Positions 8,406 to 18,482 of a stretch of 64,000 nucleotides of DNA are shown here, piece after piece. The stretch comes from a virus (taxonomy: Duplodnaviria; Caudoviricetes). Position 1 is the stretch's first letter, and the number at the start of each line of letters is the position of its first letter. The position numbers and the translations under genes were made by a program. Under the pieces are notes generated by a model that was not told where the DNA came from, did no database searches, and saw only the letters and a list, made by a program, of their open reading frames with translations. Location of the stretch: positions 1-64,000 of the IMG/VR virus record IMGVR_UViG_3300033121_000971, one strand, 5' to 3'.

Positions 8406-8753
8406 ATGAAAAAATTATTAATAGGTTTAGGTTTAGGGTTTTTATTAGTACTAATGTTAGGCATATCTGGTACCCAAGAGGTCAGAAGAAACATAGTAAC
8501 TTTTAGAGTAGTTACTACAGACACATCAACATTTCAGCTTCCTAACTACCAAGCAGAGGCTTTTACAATCACAAATTTTACAGCTAGTGATACTCTATTT
8601 ATAGGCAACAGTTCTTCCATGATAAAGGCAACTAGTTTTCCTATATTTGCTGGGCAGAGTTTGACAGTAGACCCAACAGTAAATACAAATATAATATATG
8701 GTAAATTTAACAGTGGTAGTTCTGGAGATGTGAGGGGGATAACATTTAAATGA
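8406..8753 (+). CDS. signal-peptide-bearing small beta-rich protein
   Basis: MKK plus hydrophobic core; Thr/Ser-rich alternating strands. Confidence 0.65.
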   Translation: MKKLLIGLGLGFLLVLMLGISGTQEVRRNIVTFRVVTTDTSTFQLPNYQAEAFTITNFTASDTLFIGNSSSMIKATSFPIFAGQSLTVDPTVNTNIIYGKFNSGSSGDVRGITFK

Positions 8754-9166
8754 AGAAGTTAATATTTTTAATATTTTTAATTTTTGGTTTAAGCTCAACA
8801 TATTCACAATCAGTTACAGGGTCAGAAGTAAGTCAGCTTTTATATAAAGAGGCAAAGACTACTGATGCATCTGCAGGCAGTAAAGCTACTGTGACTAGCA
8901 ACGCTTTCTACGGTACAATAGAAGTTACAACAGCTACCATAAGTAGTGATGGAGTTTTCACCTTAACCGTAAACAATGATAACTGTAAAGGTGCGAGCTC
9001 TGTGGTTGTAGTATCATTAGAGATTGATGGAGTTGATTTTAACATATTTAGTGCTTCATGCATAGTGCATGATAAGGTGGCAGGTCAATTCCAAGTTACT
9101 ATAATGCCTGCGAAAAGCCAGACTTTAAGTGAACAATCTTTTAAAATAAATTACATATTGAGATAG
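8750..9166 (+). CDS. signal-peptide-bearing beta-rich protein (fibre/decoration-like)
   Basis: MKKLIFLIFLIFGLSSTYS-Q; GTIEVTT...FTLTVNN...SSVVVVS. Confidence 0.65.
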   Translation: MKKLIFLIFLIFGLSSTYSQSVTGSEVSQLLYKEAKTTDASAGSKATVTSNAFYGTIEVTTATISSDGVFTLTVNNDNCKGASSVVVVSLEIDGVDFNIFSASCIVHDKVAGQFQVTIMPAKSQTLSEQSFKINYILR

Positions 9167-9205
9167 GCGACAAAAATAAATTAACCTAAAAAATAGGAGA
9201 TAACA

Positions 9206-9832
9206 ATGGCAACAAAGAAAGTAGTAAATAAGAAAGCAGTGGAGTTCCCACTAGACCAGATTGGTTATGATACAGTATCAACATACATATCTAACATAGA
9301 AGAACTGGCAAAAGTTTTAGAAAAAGCAGTTTACAGTAAAGACAGTTTTGAGAAGTTTAGAAAAAGATTCTTTGAAGCTTATGAAACAGTAAGGGGTAGA
9401 TTGATAGTATGGAGAGATAGACTTGGAAATGTCTTACCTTCTGAAGCTTATAACTCAAAAGAGCCAGCCCCTAATAGCTGGGTTGCTGTAGCAAAAGAAA
9501 AAGGTGTAAGTAGATTACCTCTTCCCAGAAATGAATATGATGACAAGCTTGATAAAGTAAAGCAAGATGAAAAAGATGGTGTATGGCGTACATACTACGG
9601 TTACTGGGGAACAACTGACGAAGAGATGGAAGAGATTGTAAATAAAGTAGACCCTGATTATATAGAGCCAAAATCACCAGTATCAGAGTTAGAACTAGCT
9701 CAAAAGGATATAAAGATAGAGGAGCTGGTTGATAGTATAAATGCTAAGGACGAGTATATTGACACACTAGTCAAGATTATAAAAACGCCATGGTATAAAA
9801 AATTATGGAACTGGGTAAGGAGGGCTAACTAA
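9206..9832 (+). CDS. hypothetical coiled-coil protein with PWYKKLW C-terminus
   Basis: AGGAG RBS; amphipathic aromatic/basic C-terminal helix. Confidence 0.7.
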   Translation: MATKKVVNKKAVEFPLDQIGYDTVSTYISNIEELAKVLEKAVYSKDSFEKFRKRFFEAYETVRGRLIVWRDRLGNVLPSEAYNSKEPAPNSWVAVAKEKGVSRLPLPRNEYDDKLDKVKQDEKDGVWRTYYGYWGTTDEEMEEIVNKVDPDYIEPKSPVSELELAQKDIKIEELVDSINAKDEYIDTLVKIIKTPWYKKLWNWVRRAN

Positions 9833-10371
9833 TGTCAGAATCAAAGACTCTAGAACATAAGGATGCCTATTCTTCAGATGAGAAGGCAGAAGCTTTAAAA
9901 AACATAGAAGAGCTTAACAGTAAGATAAGATTAATTGAAGATGCTATTGAGCAGGCTAAAGATAAAGATGAAGAACAGGAACTGAAGTATAATCTGGATG
10001 ACACCATTGCTGAAAGAAAGTACTGGGAACGTGTAGCAGTAGAGAATGATGAATGGGCACCAGAAGATATTACAGTAGTAAAAAAAGATGCTAATAGACT
10101 TTATACTATACCTGTAAAAACATTTGAAGAGAGAACAGCAGACTTAACTAACATGGATGCTTTAAAGTACAGAGCTCTAGAGAATGAGAAATACATAAAA
10201 GGTCTGGAAGATAAAGTAAGATGGCTAGCCGAGAGTAAAAAAGAAGTAGAGGATACTTTTTTAGAGCATAAGAAATGGTTTATGGACAATAGAAAAAGTA
10301 TATGGATAACTTTTAAATGGTTCGTTAAAGCTCTGTGGAATAAAATTAAATTTTGGAAAAATGACTTATAA
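9832..10371 (+). CDS. hypothetical coiled-coil protein with amphipathic C-terminal helix
   Basis: TAATG coupling. Confidence 0.7.
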   Translation: MSESKTLEHKDAYSSDEKAEALKNIEELNSKIRLIEDAIEQAKDKDEEQELKYNLDDTIAERKYWERVAVENDEWAPEDITVVKKDANRLYTIPVKTFEERTADLTNMDALKYRALENEKYIKGLEDKVRWLAESKKEVEDTFLEHKKWFMDNRKSIWITFKWFVKALWNKIKFWKNDL

Positions 10372-11284
10372 ATTCGTAAAAATACTTACAAAAGGAGATT
10401 CTGGGGAAGAAGTAGTTAATCTTCAGAACTTTCTAATAAGTATTAATTTTGATGACGTGCTTATCAATGGTAAGCCTAAAAAACTTACAGCAGATGGAGA
10501 CTTTGGAGCTGTAACAGCCGAATGTGTTGAAAGTGTAAAAGCTAAGAGCTTGGACTCTATCTCTGCTGAGTATGTAAAAGCTAAATACAAAGAGATAACA
10601 GGTAATGATGTTCAACCAGACTGGTTAGAAGTTAACTCAACTGTTAATCCTTTATTTGGTCTTCTCCTTGAAAGATGGGACGAAGTACAAAAGTATCTGG
10701 GTGTTACAATGCAGGGAATGGACTTAACTCCAGAACCTGAAACTGTAACAGTTGATTCAAGACAAGAGCTTATTAATGAAGTAATAGCTTTTGAAAAAGG
10801 TGAGATAGGCACAAAAGAAGAGACAGGTAATAATGATGGTGACCGTGTAGAATGGTATCAAAAGATTGGTAGCAACGGTGAAGTTAACCATGGGGGCTCT
10901 CCTTATTGTCAATATGGTCAAAATACTTCTTTAATAGTTTCCAGTAAAAAGTTAAAGCTGGATTACAAATGGTGGTACAATGGTTACACTCCAGATAATG
11001 TAAACAAAGGAAAGAAGTTAAAGATTTGCAGAGGTGGAAATTCTAGTGGTGGTCATGTTGATATCTCTGAAATTAAAGCTGGTGATTGGGGCTACGTATA
11101 TTCTAGCGAGAGAAGAAATGCAAGGCATGTATTTTTAATCACTGGTAAAAAAGGAAACAATGTTTATACAATTGAGTTCAATACTAACTCACAGGGTGGT
11201 GCAGAAGGTAATGGAGTATTCAATAGGATTAGAAACATATCACAAGTATGGGCAACAGTAAGATGGGCAGATTTATACGAGTAA
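10361..11284 (+). CDS. endolysin: peptidoglycan-binding domain plus CHAP-like amidase
   Basis: LTKGDSGEEVVNLQ...ADGDFGAVT PG-binding motif; PYC...HVF...TIEFNT CHAP-like catalytic motifs. Confidence 0.8.
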   Translation: MTYKFVKILTKGDSGEEVVNLQNFLISINFDDVLINGKPKKLTADGDFGAVTAECVESVKAKSLDSISAEYVKAKYKEITGNDVQPDWLEVNSTVNPLFGLLLERWDEVQKYLGVTMQGMDLTPEPETVTVDSRQELINEVIAFEKGEIGTKEETGNNDGDRVEWYQKIGSNGEVNHGGSPYCQYGQNTSLIVSSKKLKLDYKWWYNGYTPDNVNKGKKLKICRGGNSSGGHVDISEIKAGDWGYVYSSERRNARHVFLITGKKGNNVYTIEFNTNSQGGAEGNGVFNRIRNISQVWATVRWADLYE

Positions 11285-11344
11285 GAAATGGTAGTAAAAG
11301 AATAAAGAATCAGAAAAAGAAATCTCATGGCAACAGGGTAGGTT

Positions 11345-11782
11345 GTGAATGTTTTATATGCACTGGTCATGACAAAGATTATTACCGTAAACATAAATAC
11401 CCTAACGAACTTGATTTATTTAATTCTTAATTATTTAGTCGGTGGATTAAAACTCTTAGCCCTTATAAGTGTTTTCCAGTTACAAATTAACAGTTATTCA
11501 ATTAAAGAAGATGTTTATATAAATTTTATAGACTCTTCTTTTCTGGTTGATGACAGCGTAGAATATTACTCTTCATTTGAAGTTGCTCAGGATGGAACTT
11601 ACTGCAGTATTAATGTTACAATCCAGCATGAGGAAGAATTTACAATGTATTTAGTGTTTCACGAACTATTTCATTACATGAATTACATTGAATGGTTAAA
11701 TGATTCTAATACTCCTATATGGGGCGAAGAAGAGGTTGACGAGAAGGCATACGAATTTTTAAAATTGTATAAGAATGAGTAA
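11345..11782 (+). CDS. putative zincin metallopeptidase (start uncertain)
   Basis: FHELFH (HEXXH) and downstream EEEVD. Confidence 0.55.
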   Translation: MNVLYALVMTKIITVNINTLTNLIYLILNYLVGGLKLLALISVFQLQINSYSIKEDVYINFIDSSFLVDDSVEYYSSFEVAQDGTYCSINVTIQHEEEFTMYLVFHELFHYMNYIEWLNDSNTPIWGEEEVDEKAYEFLKLYKNE

Positions 11783-11978
11783 ATTAGGTCACATAAAAAA
11801 AGCATTGGAGACAATAGTTAAAGATAGTATCCCTAACAAGAGACCTAAGACTATGGAAAGCTCTTCACCAAAAATGAGTGAGAGCTCACCTAAGATGAGT
11901 GATTTAGGAACTGGTAAAATAAAAAAAGATTATACTTTAAGTGAGGACGGTTCTTACAAAATGAGTGATTATGTTTAA
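11775..11978 (+). CDS. small tag-bearing protein with short internal repeats
   Basis: MSKLGHIKKALETI; SSPKMS repeated twice. Confidence 0.65.
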   Translation: MSKLGHIKKALETIVKDSIPNKRPKTMESSSPKMSESSPKMSDLGTGKIKKDYTLSEDGSYKMSDYV

Positions 11979-12010
11979 CAGTAAATAATTAAACCTTAAA
12001 AATAAATAAT

Positions 12011-12520
12011 ATGTTACAAGATACAATACAAATAGTAGCAGGTGGTGGGCTAGAAGACCTTAGTTGGTCAACCATGTGGGTGAACTATGTAGAATTTATT
12101 ATACTCGGTCTGTTGTCAGCTCTTGCTTACTTCTGGTTCGTAATAAGAAATGCTAAAGAAGATTCAGATACATTCAAAGAATTTTTCTCAATAAGAAAAA
12201 ATCAAAACGATGTAAGTCTGCATTTAATACTTTACTTTGGTGTTGTACTTATTTGGGTTTTAGAAGGCGGAGTTGTACTTCCGATGCTACTTCTTGAACC
12301 TGTACGTGGAATGTTTGGATTAATAAACATTGACATTACTCAGCAAGTAGGTACAGTGTATGCATCATTCAGAAGCTGGATGCCTCAAGGAAAGTTGAAT
12401 TGGTTCTCTATAATTTTAGGTGGAGGTATGACATTCTTTGTAAGAATGGTTGTGCCTAGACTAGTAGAATTTATTAAAGGTGCTTGGGGTAAATTTACTG
12501 GATTATTTTTAAAGAACTAA
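12011..12520 (+). CDS. membrane protein, holin candidate
   Basis: about 3 TM segments, near endolysin. Confidence 0.5.
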   Translation: MLQDTIQIVAGGGLEDLSWSTMWVNYVEFIILGLLSALAYFWFVIRNAKEDSDTFKEFFSIRKNQNDVSLHLILYFGVVLIWVLEGGVVLPMLLLEPVRGMFGLINIDITQQVGTVYASFRSWMPQGKLNWFSIILGGGMTFFVRMVVPRLVEFIKGAWGKFTGLFLKN

Positions 12521-12533
12521 TAACTGGTATGGA

Positions 12534-13004
12534 ATGGCAAGAAGATATAAGTCTCAGGAGACAGAGTACAGTTGTGGAAGCAGTGCTGTTAGAAATATTC
12601 TTATCCATTTCAAAATAGCAGACGTAACAGAAGCTACAGTAAGAAAAGCTTGTGGCACTACTAAAAATAATGGAACTACTGAAGCTGGTTTACTGGAAGG
12701 GTTAGAGTATTATGGGTTGCAGACTAGAGAATGGGAATCAATATCTTCACAAGTATTTAAAAGTAAGGTAACGAAAGCTTTAAAATCTGGTCGGGCAATA
12801 ATTCTTAATTCAGATGCTCTTCATCACTGGATAGTAGCTTTAGAATATAAAAATAAAAAAGTTAGAATAATAGATTCACTGTTTAAAGATTCACATAAAT
12901 CAATTGACCAGTGGGTAACACTTAAACAATTATCAGAGATGTGTGATTGTTACGATAGAGAAAGACAGAAAAAATATTTTTATGGAATAGAAGCATGGGT
13001 TTAA
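12534..13004 (+). CDS. C39-like cysteine peptidase
   Basis: QETEYSCG, HWIV, IIDS catalytic motifs. Confidence 0.75.
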   Translation: MARRYKSQETEYSCGSSAVRNILIHFKIADVTEATVRKACGTTKNNGTTEAGLLEGLEYYGLQTREWESISSQVFKSKVTKALKSGRAIILNSDALHHWIVALEYKNKKVRIIDSLFKDSHKSIDQWVTLKQLSEMCDCYDRERQKKYFYGIEAWV

Positions 13005-13450
13005 AAGAAATAAAGAATACGTTGATTAAGCTGTGTGGTTCTAAAATTATAGCTTACCATGCTACTACTAATGAGTATGATTTTAAAGATATGAAAATGC
13101 CAGCACATTTTGGAACTTACCAAGCATCCTTAGATGCAATTGGTCAACACGGTAAAGTCTTAAAAGCTTATATTGATGTTAAAAACCCTATTAGACTAGA
13201 AGATGATTCAATTAAAGATTGGGGGACAAGTACAGTAAGAGGTAGTTTGCTTTATGAGTATAATATTCCAGAAGAAGAGATACTAAAGTTTGAAGAGGAA
13301 TTTGGAGAAGAGGTTGGATTAGTAAAACTTCTCCAGAGTAGAGGGTATGATTCAGTTGTATACATGAATGAGTATGAGGACGCAGGAAATGATTCTTATA
13401 TTGTTTTTGAAAACAGCCAAGTAACTCCAATAAAAGTAATAACAGTATGA
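12995..13450 (+). CDS. tag-bearing ADP-ribosyltransferase-like protein (polyvalent-protein type)
   Basis: YHAT...HFGT...AYIDVKNP...GYDSVVYMNEYE...SYIVF pattern after N-terminal LKEIKNTLIKL. Confidence 0.65.
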   Translation: MGLKEIKNTLIKLCGSKIIAYHATTNEYDFKDMKMPAHFGTYQASLDAIGQHGKVLKAYIDVKNPIRLEDDSIKDWGTSTVRGSLLYEYNIPEEEILKFEEEFGEEVGLVKLLQSRGYDSVVYMNEYEDAGNDSYIVFENSQVTPIKVITV

Positions 13451-13935
13451 TTGAACTAATATATTTCCTCATAGCAAACGCTACAGTACTGGCACATGCC
13501 ATCCCAGATTTTATAGTGTGGTTCTTTCTTGCAAAAGAAGATATCAACTGGAAATGGACAAAGATTTTTCGTATAAGTAAATTTATGTATGACTTTCCAG
13601 TAACTTTTGCTGTACTCTTTTGGGTACTAGGTCTTCCATTAGATATAATAGGCTGGTTCTACATGTTGAAGTGGGCTCATTGTGCCGATAGTTGGTACAA
13701 CATATTTAGTTTTATGTTTAAGAAACCTGTAGAGAACAAACAGGCTTTCTGGAGATGGTGGGTCTTCCCTTATATCTTTAAGAGTAAAGTAATATATCAA
13801 GAGATACTGGCTCACTGGCTGATAAGAATAAATATAATAAAAGCAAGAGTGGATAGAAATCAAGCTTGGTATTCATCAATAGGTATGGAGATAACATTTA
13901 TAATTTATTTGGTGGCAAGATATTGGGTAAGCTAA
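13447..13935 (+). CDS. membrane protein
   Basis: Trp/Phe-rich hydrophobic segments. Confidence 0.6.
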   Translation: MIELIYFLIANATVLAHAIPDFIVWFFLAKEDINWKWTKIFRISKFMYDFPVTFAVLFWVLGLPLDIIGWFYMLKWAHCADSWYNIFSFMFKKPVENKQAFWRWWVFPYIFKSKVIYQEILAHWLIRINIIKARVDRNQAWYSSIGMEITFIIYLVARYWVS

Positions 13936-15215
13936 AAGAAGTAAAAGTTAGACAGTACCTTTATCATAAATCTTTAGCTAAAAATAGAGAAAGCATTTTT
14001 GAGTACGGGTTGGAGCCTAGGCTAGGAAGATATTCAGAAGGGTATTACAGTGGTGAGCCTGCTATATTTTTGACTAACTCTTCAAAGGCAAAGGATTGGT
14101 TTGAAACAGGATTTCATGAAGATGTATGGCAGATAGATACAAAAGGTCTTTCTAATACATTTTATATAGACCCGTTTTTTGAAAATTTATCTGGTGGAGA
14201 TTATAAACATGTGCTTACGTTCTCTCATATACCTCCAGATAATTTACAATTAGTTTATGAAGGTGATGATAGAGACCAATACAGTATGACTAATGACGAA
14301 AGAATGAAGTATGAAACTATAAAACCTATTGAATCATTGAAGCATATAAAATCAACATTAATAAAACTCAATAGCAACATCCTTGATATGACCAATCCAG
14401 TAGATGCTACTGTGAACAGGTCGGATGCTTTACAAGCAGAATTGGATAAGATAAAAGAAGAAGCTAATAACCCATATGCAGACAAGAGGCAACTGGCAGA
14501 GAGGGCTGAGGAAATTATGCTGGAGCATGAGATATTAACAAGAGACTTAGAGAGTCTTGGTAATGTTAGAAGTGTATTGATAAGACTTAACGGTTATGAT
14601 GAAGAAGCTTATAACAGTGCAAACCAGTATCTCCAGAAAGCAGGACTTCCAGAATTGCAATATCATGAACCTGTAAAGTCTGACCCTGTTCGTGGAAAAG
14701 AAATTGCTAAAGCTTATGAGGCAATGAAACATGAACCAGAAAATCCAGAAGTAATAAAAGCATATCGGCAGTTTGCAAAAGAAGTTGAGAATCAGTGGGA
14801 ACATTTACCTGTAAAAGTAGAATTTACTGACGGTGACCCTTACAAGAACTCAAAAGAAATGTTTCAGGATATACTTCAGAACAAAAGACTAAAAGTTTTC
14901 CGTGGTGGTGAACCTCATGGATTTTTAAGTGCAAAAGATTCTAACGGTATATCTGTAAATGAAAAATTCAGAGCTGTGCATGATTACTTCGGACACTTCA
15001 TGGCTAAATATCAGTTCGGAGCATCAGGAGAACAGAATGCATATCTTGAGCATGCTAAGATGTTTTCACCTCTTGCCAGAAAGGTAATGGCTACAGAAAC
15101 TATGGGTCAGAATAACTGGTTTAACTATTCTGATGCAAATGAAGGGAAACATCCTAAAGAGAGACAGTTTGCAGAGCAAAAAGCTGGGTTTCTTCCAGAA
15201 GAGTATTTAAAATAA
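13923..15215 (+). CDS. multi-domain tag-linked protein: ART/Tpt1-like domain, helical domain, RAVHDYFGH domain
   Basis: LYHKS...GLEP...AIFLT; two internal tags; TTG 13923 start inferred from 17-bp identity with start of ORF 17880 (ORF track: 13866). Confidence 0.65.
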   Translation: MGKLKEVKVRQYLYHKSLAKNRESIFEYGLEPRLGRYSEGYYSGEPAIFLTNSSKAKDWFETGFHEDVWQIDTKGLSNTFYIDPFFENLSGGDYKHVLTFSHIPPDNLQLVYEGDDRDQYSMTNDERMKYETIKPIESLKHIKSTLIKLNSNILDMTNPVDATVNRSDALQAELDKIKEEANNPYADKRQLAERAEEIMLEHEILTRDLESLGNVRSVLIRLNGYDEEAYNSANQYLQKAGLPELQYHEPVKSDPVRGKEIAKAYEAMKHEPENPEVIKAYRQFAKEVENQWEHLPVKVEFTDGDPYKNSKEMFQDILQNKRLKVFRGGEPHGFLSAKDSNGISVNEKFRAVHDYFGHFMAKYQFGASGEQNAYLEHAKMFSPLARKVMATETMGQNNWFNYSDANEGKHPKERQFAEQKAGFLPEEYLK

Positions 15216-15224
15216 GCAGAAAAA

Positions 15225-15243
15225 TTTGTATTTATTATATAGA
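15225..15243 (+). promoter_or_regulatory. putative late promoter motif, copy 3
   Basis: exact 19-bp match, intergenic. Confidence 0.7.
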
Positions 15244-15272
15244 AGATTCTTTAATTTAACCAAAAACGACAA

Positions 15273-16349
15273 ATGTCTAACGAAAAAACAAGATTTATAA
15301 AATTAAATAAAAACCTTAAGCATGAGAACAGTGGTATTTTTGCTAAAGACTCTGTATTAGAAGTAATAGCAGGAGCTACAAAGTTTGCATTACCACAAGT
15401 AATCGCTATAAATGCTAAGGATGAGTCAGGTTTACCTTATCCTACAGACGACTTTAATCTTTATACTTTAGCCTTCAAGGAAGAGGATGTAACAGAAGTT
15501 ACAGACAAAACAGCTATGAAGAAAGTATCATATCAGATTCCTTTTGGCTTCGGCTGGGGAGAAGATGATGGTCAGAATTTAGACTTAGGTCTTGAAGATA
15601 AGTATGCAGAAAAAGACTACACAATTGACAGAGATGGTAACATCGAAATCAAAGCTGGTTTACAGAAGACAGCAGATGTAGGTAAGAATATGCTTACTGA
15701 TTCAAACGAAAACATTTCAACAGAGTTTGCTGAAAAAGTTGAAGGTCAGGATGACCCCTCTTATTCAGAACCATGGACTGCTGATGAGAAGACAATGCCT
15801 GCTACTTCACCTATCCTTGGTGAGCTTACAGGTAAAGCAAGAGAATTGTTCCACAAGATAAATAGTACTGAGCCTAACAACTTGTTACCTAGCAAAGAAG
15901 ACACAAGTATTAATTACAATACTGCTGTTGACGGTAGCGGAACTGTTACAGACGTTTACAAAGAGGACACAAAAGAAATGCCTTGGAAAGATGAAAACCT
16001 TGGTAAAGTTTCAAACCAGATAAAAACTGCTGAAGAAAAGGTTATCAAAAACATGCCTTCAGATGGTAATGCTGGCGGAGACAACCTTGATGACTATTCA
16101 AAAGAAGGAAACGTTGAAGAAGGTGCTAAAGATGAATTCAGACCTAAAGAAGCTGGTAAAACAAAGCTTGCTAATTTAGCTGACCAATCAATTGTTGACT
16201 ATGAATCAACACAGCCAATGTCTATTGATAACGTGGATGACATAGATGATGACGATGATTGGGGAAATGCTGAAGACCTCGGTTTAACACCTGAGCAGGA
16301 ACAGGAAGCTTTAAGTAGCCACGGATACGATAATCCAATAGGACACTAA
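15273..16349 (+). CDS. acidic low-complexity protein with K-x-A/S linkers (internal head/scaffold-like)
   Basis: D/E-rich; KKVS, QKTA, IKTA, TKLA. Confidence 0.6.
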   Translation: MSNEKTRFIKLNKNLKHENSGIFAKDSVLEVIAGATKFALPQVIAINAKDESGLPYPTDDFNLYTLAFKEEDVTEVTDKTAMKKVSYQIPFGFGWGEDDGQNLDLGLEDKYAEKDYTIDRDGNIEIKAGLQKTADVGKNMLTDSNENISTEFAEKVEGQDDPSYSEPWTADEKTMPATSPILGELTGKARELFHKINSTEPNNLLPSKEDTSINYNTAVDGSGTVTDVYKEDTKEMPWKDENLGKVSNQIKTAEEKVIKNMPSDGNAGGDNLDDYSKEGNVEEGAKDEFRPKEAGKTKLANLADQSIVDYESTQPMSIDNVDDIDDDDDWGNAEDLGLTPEQEQEALSSHGYDNPIGH

Positions 16350-16352
16350 AAA

Positions 16353-17513
16353 TTGAACGAGAAAGCTCAAGTAACGTTTCCAGATGACACAGAAATAAGC
16401 TGTGTTATTCTGGGAGAAGACGAATTGGGTAATTATAAATGCTCAGCTCTGGAGAGTAATGGAAAATATAAACAGGGTGATATCTTTTATTGTAACGAAG
16501 ATACTCACGAAATAGTAAAGACAGCGAAATTGACAAAATTATCTGGATTAAAGAATCTTCTTTCAAACGAAATAAAAAAATATCAATGGGGATTTGATAA
16601 CCACAAATCTCCATGGAAGTATAATAAAATTACTGGGATGATTGAAAAAGACCCAGAAGCCGTTAAGAAATTAGCTAAGCTGTTAAAGACTGCCATGGGT
16701 ATAGACCATGCTCCTGATGTGTATGATGAAGGATTTCAACCTAGTACTTACGTAAAAGTTAATAATGCAAATGAGATAGTGTCTTTTTATGATAAGAACT
16801 ATCCTGATTTTGACTTGCAATTTGTAGATTTTAATAAAGTTGATGTTGAATCTTTTCCAGAAGATATGACTTTAGAAGAAGCACGAGAACATGTTGAAAG
16901 TACAGATTATCAATTGCATTGGCGTAACAGTCGTGGAATAAAATCTTTAAGTAAGCTTTTAAAAACCTCTTTACAAAGTGGAGATGAGTACTGGGATAAT
17001 GAAGATTACGGTCAGACACCACGTAAAGAAGTACGTTACGCAGTAGAGGCTGATTTCTATGTGTATGCTACTTCTGATGAAGAAGCTTTTCAACAGGCAG
17101 ATGCAGTAAAAGAAGTTTTGGAAGATAAAGAATTACCTGAAGTTTTAAAAATAAGTGATTTTGAAATTAAGAATATTTACAAGATTCCTACTGGAACAAT
17201 AAATTTTGATAATAAGCCTTTACAAAGGCAGTCTAAATTAAGTGGTTTAAAGTTTCTTCTTTCACATGCTTTAGACCCAAAGATTGAAACAAAATTTGAC
17301 AATAGCCTGAAAGCTGTAAAGTATCACTTATTTCAGTATTCTGGAAACGATGATGTGAAGGAATTACAGACGGTAGCAGATTACTTAAATGATTTATTAA
17401 TGGTTACAAAAGAACAGATTGCCAATCATCACACAGATGAAAGACCTGAATTCAAAGGTAGTCATTCAAGTGAACAGGCTACGTTTAACGCAATGCAGGG
17501 AGGAACTGATTAA
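16353..17513 (+). CDS. multi-module protein with repeated KL...L(L)KTA/S linkers
   Basis: KTAKLTKLSGLKNLLS, KKLAKLLKTA, SLSKLLKTS, SKLSGLKFLLS separating short domains. Confidence 0.65.
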   Translation: MNEKAQVTFPDDTEISCVILGEDELGNYKCSALESNGKYKQGDIFYCNEDTHEIVKTAKLTKLSGLKNLLSNEIKKYQWGFDNHKSPWKYNKITGMIEKDPEAVKKLAKLLKTAMGIDHAPDVYDEGFQPSTYVKVNNANEIVSFYDKNYPDFDLQFVDFNKVDVESFPEDMTLEEAREHVESTDYQLHWRNSRGIKSLSKLLKTSLQSGDEYWDNEDYGQTPRKEVRYAVEADFYVYATSDEEAFQQADAVKEVLEDKELPEVLKISDFEIKNIYKIPTGTINFDNKPLQRQSKLSGLKFLLSHALDPKIETKFDNSLKAVKYHLFQYSGNDDVKELQTVADYLNDLLMVTKEQIANHHTDERPEFKGSHSSEQATFNAMQGGTD

Positions 17514-17879
17514 TTGGACTTAAAAAAAGACGTATATCCAGTATCAAACAGTTGGTTTGGGAAAGTAACAATATCTGATATCGGTAATTATGATTTATCA
17601 TTATTCACAAAGTATGCTGAGCCTACAATTGATGTTGGTGGCTCGTTTGTAGATGGTACTACATCTTACTCACTTACTTCCATAACAAAAAGAGTTTACA
17701 ACGATTCTCCTTTTGCTCAAGAGTTTAATCCGACTACGTTAGGAGTCTCTCTTAATGAAGCTGGAAAGAGAGCAACAGCATTTGTTAATGTAATAGCTAC
17801 CAGAATTGAGACAGCTATGGATGCAGTTAGAGCAGTTGACGGGACATCTTCAGAAGCAACAAGTTGGAAAGTAGTATAG
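17514..17879 (+). CDS. hypothetical (probable virion) protein
   Basis: TTG directly after upstream stop. Confidence 0.65.
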   Translation: MDLKKDVYPVSNSWFGKVTISDIGNYDLSLFTKYAEPTIDVGGSFVDGTTSYSLTSITKRVYNDSPFAQEFNPTTLGVSLNEAGKRATAFVNVIATRIETAMDAVRAVDGTSSEATSWKVV

Positions 17880-18131
17880 ATGGGTAAGCTAAAAGAATTA
17901 GAAAACAGTTTAAAAGTATTATCTACTGATAGAAGTTGGTATGATGATAGTACTCCAGCAGACAGTGGTGATAAGATTGCTCAACAAGTTGGTACTTCAG
18001 TGCTAAATTTTTTAAATATAAAAGTGGGCAGTAACGGCAGAGTTAACACTTCATATGGAGCTAAAAGCATAGTTGGAGTTGGTCAGGCTATTATAGACAC
18101 GGTTAATAACTATAGTAACTCAGGTGTATAA
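17880..18131 (+). CDS. small tag-bearing protein
   Basis: MGKLKELENSLKVL N-terminus. Confidence 0.65.
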   Translation: MGKLKELENSLKVLSTDRSWYDDSTPADSGDKIAQQVGTSVLNFLNIKVGSNGRVNTSYGAKSIVGVGQAIIDTVNNYSNSGV

Positions 18132-18304
18132 TGACCTTCCAGAAAATAATAGAATATTTATTAAGATTTCTTAATATACCAGCACACGCATTTGGCACCC
18201 TTACTATTAAATTTCAAAGAGGTGAAGTAAAGCATATAACATTTGAGGAGTCATTTGATTTGGAAAGTTTAAAAGTTTCTGAATTAAAAATAGAGAAAGC
18301 GTAA
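18131..18304 (+). CDS. 57-aa hypothetical protein
   Basis: TAATG-coupled ORF read manually (MTFQKIIEYLL...). Confidence 0.55.
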   Translation: MTFQKIIEYLLRFLNIPAHAFGTLTIKFQRGEVKHITFEESFDLESLKVSELKIEKA

Positions 18305-18306
18305 CA

Positions 18307-18471
18307 ATGGCATTTGTAAAGTTTGGAACAAAAAATACTAATGATTCTGATTCAAGCAAACTTCTTACTGAAGTAATACTTGAAGACGGTAAAATAACAA
18401 AAGAGTCTAAATTAAAGAAAGTAGTTGAGTCTACTGATGTTGAAGAGTTTAAAAAAGAAAACAAAAATTAA
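18307..18471 (+). CDS. 54-aa hypothetical protein
   Basis: fills gap on coding strand (MAFVKFGTKN...). Confidence 0.55.
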   Translation: MAFVKFGTKNTNDSDSSKLLTEVILEDGKITKESKLKKVVESTDVEEFKKENKN

Positions 18472-18482
18472 CGGAAAAACAA

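Noticed and set aside
11248-11430. Small CxCxxC ORF after the endolysin
   Set aside because: It overlaps both neighbours and no clear start could be assigned; possible but unsupported.
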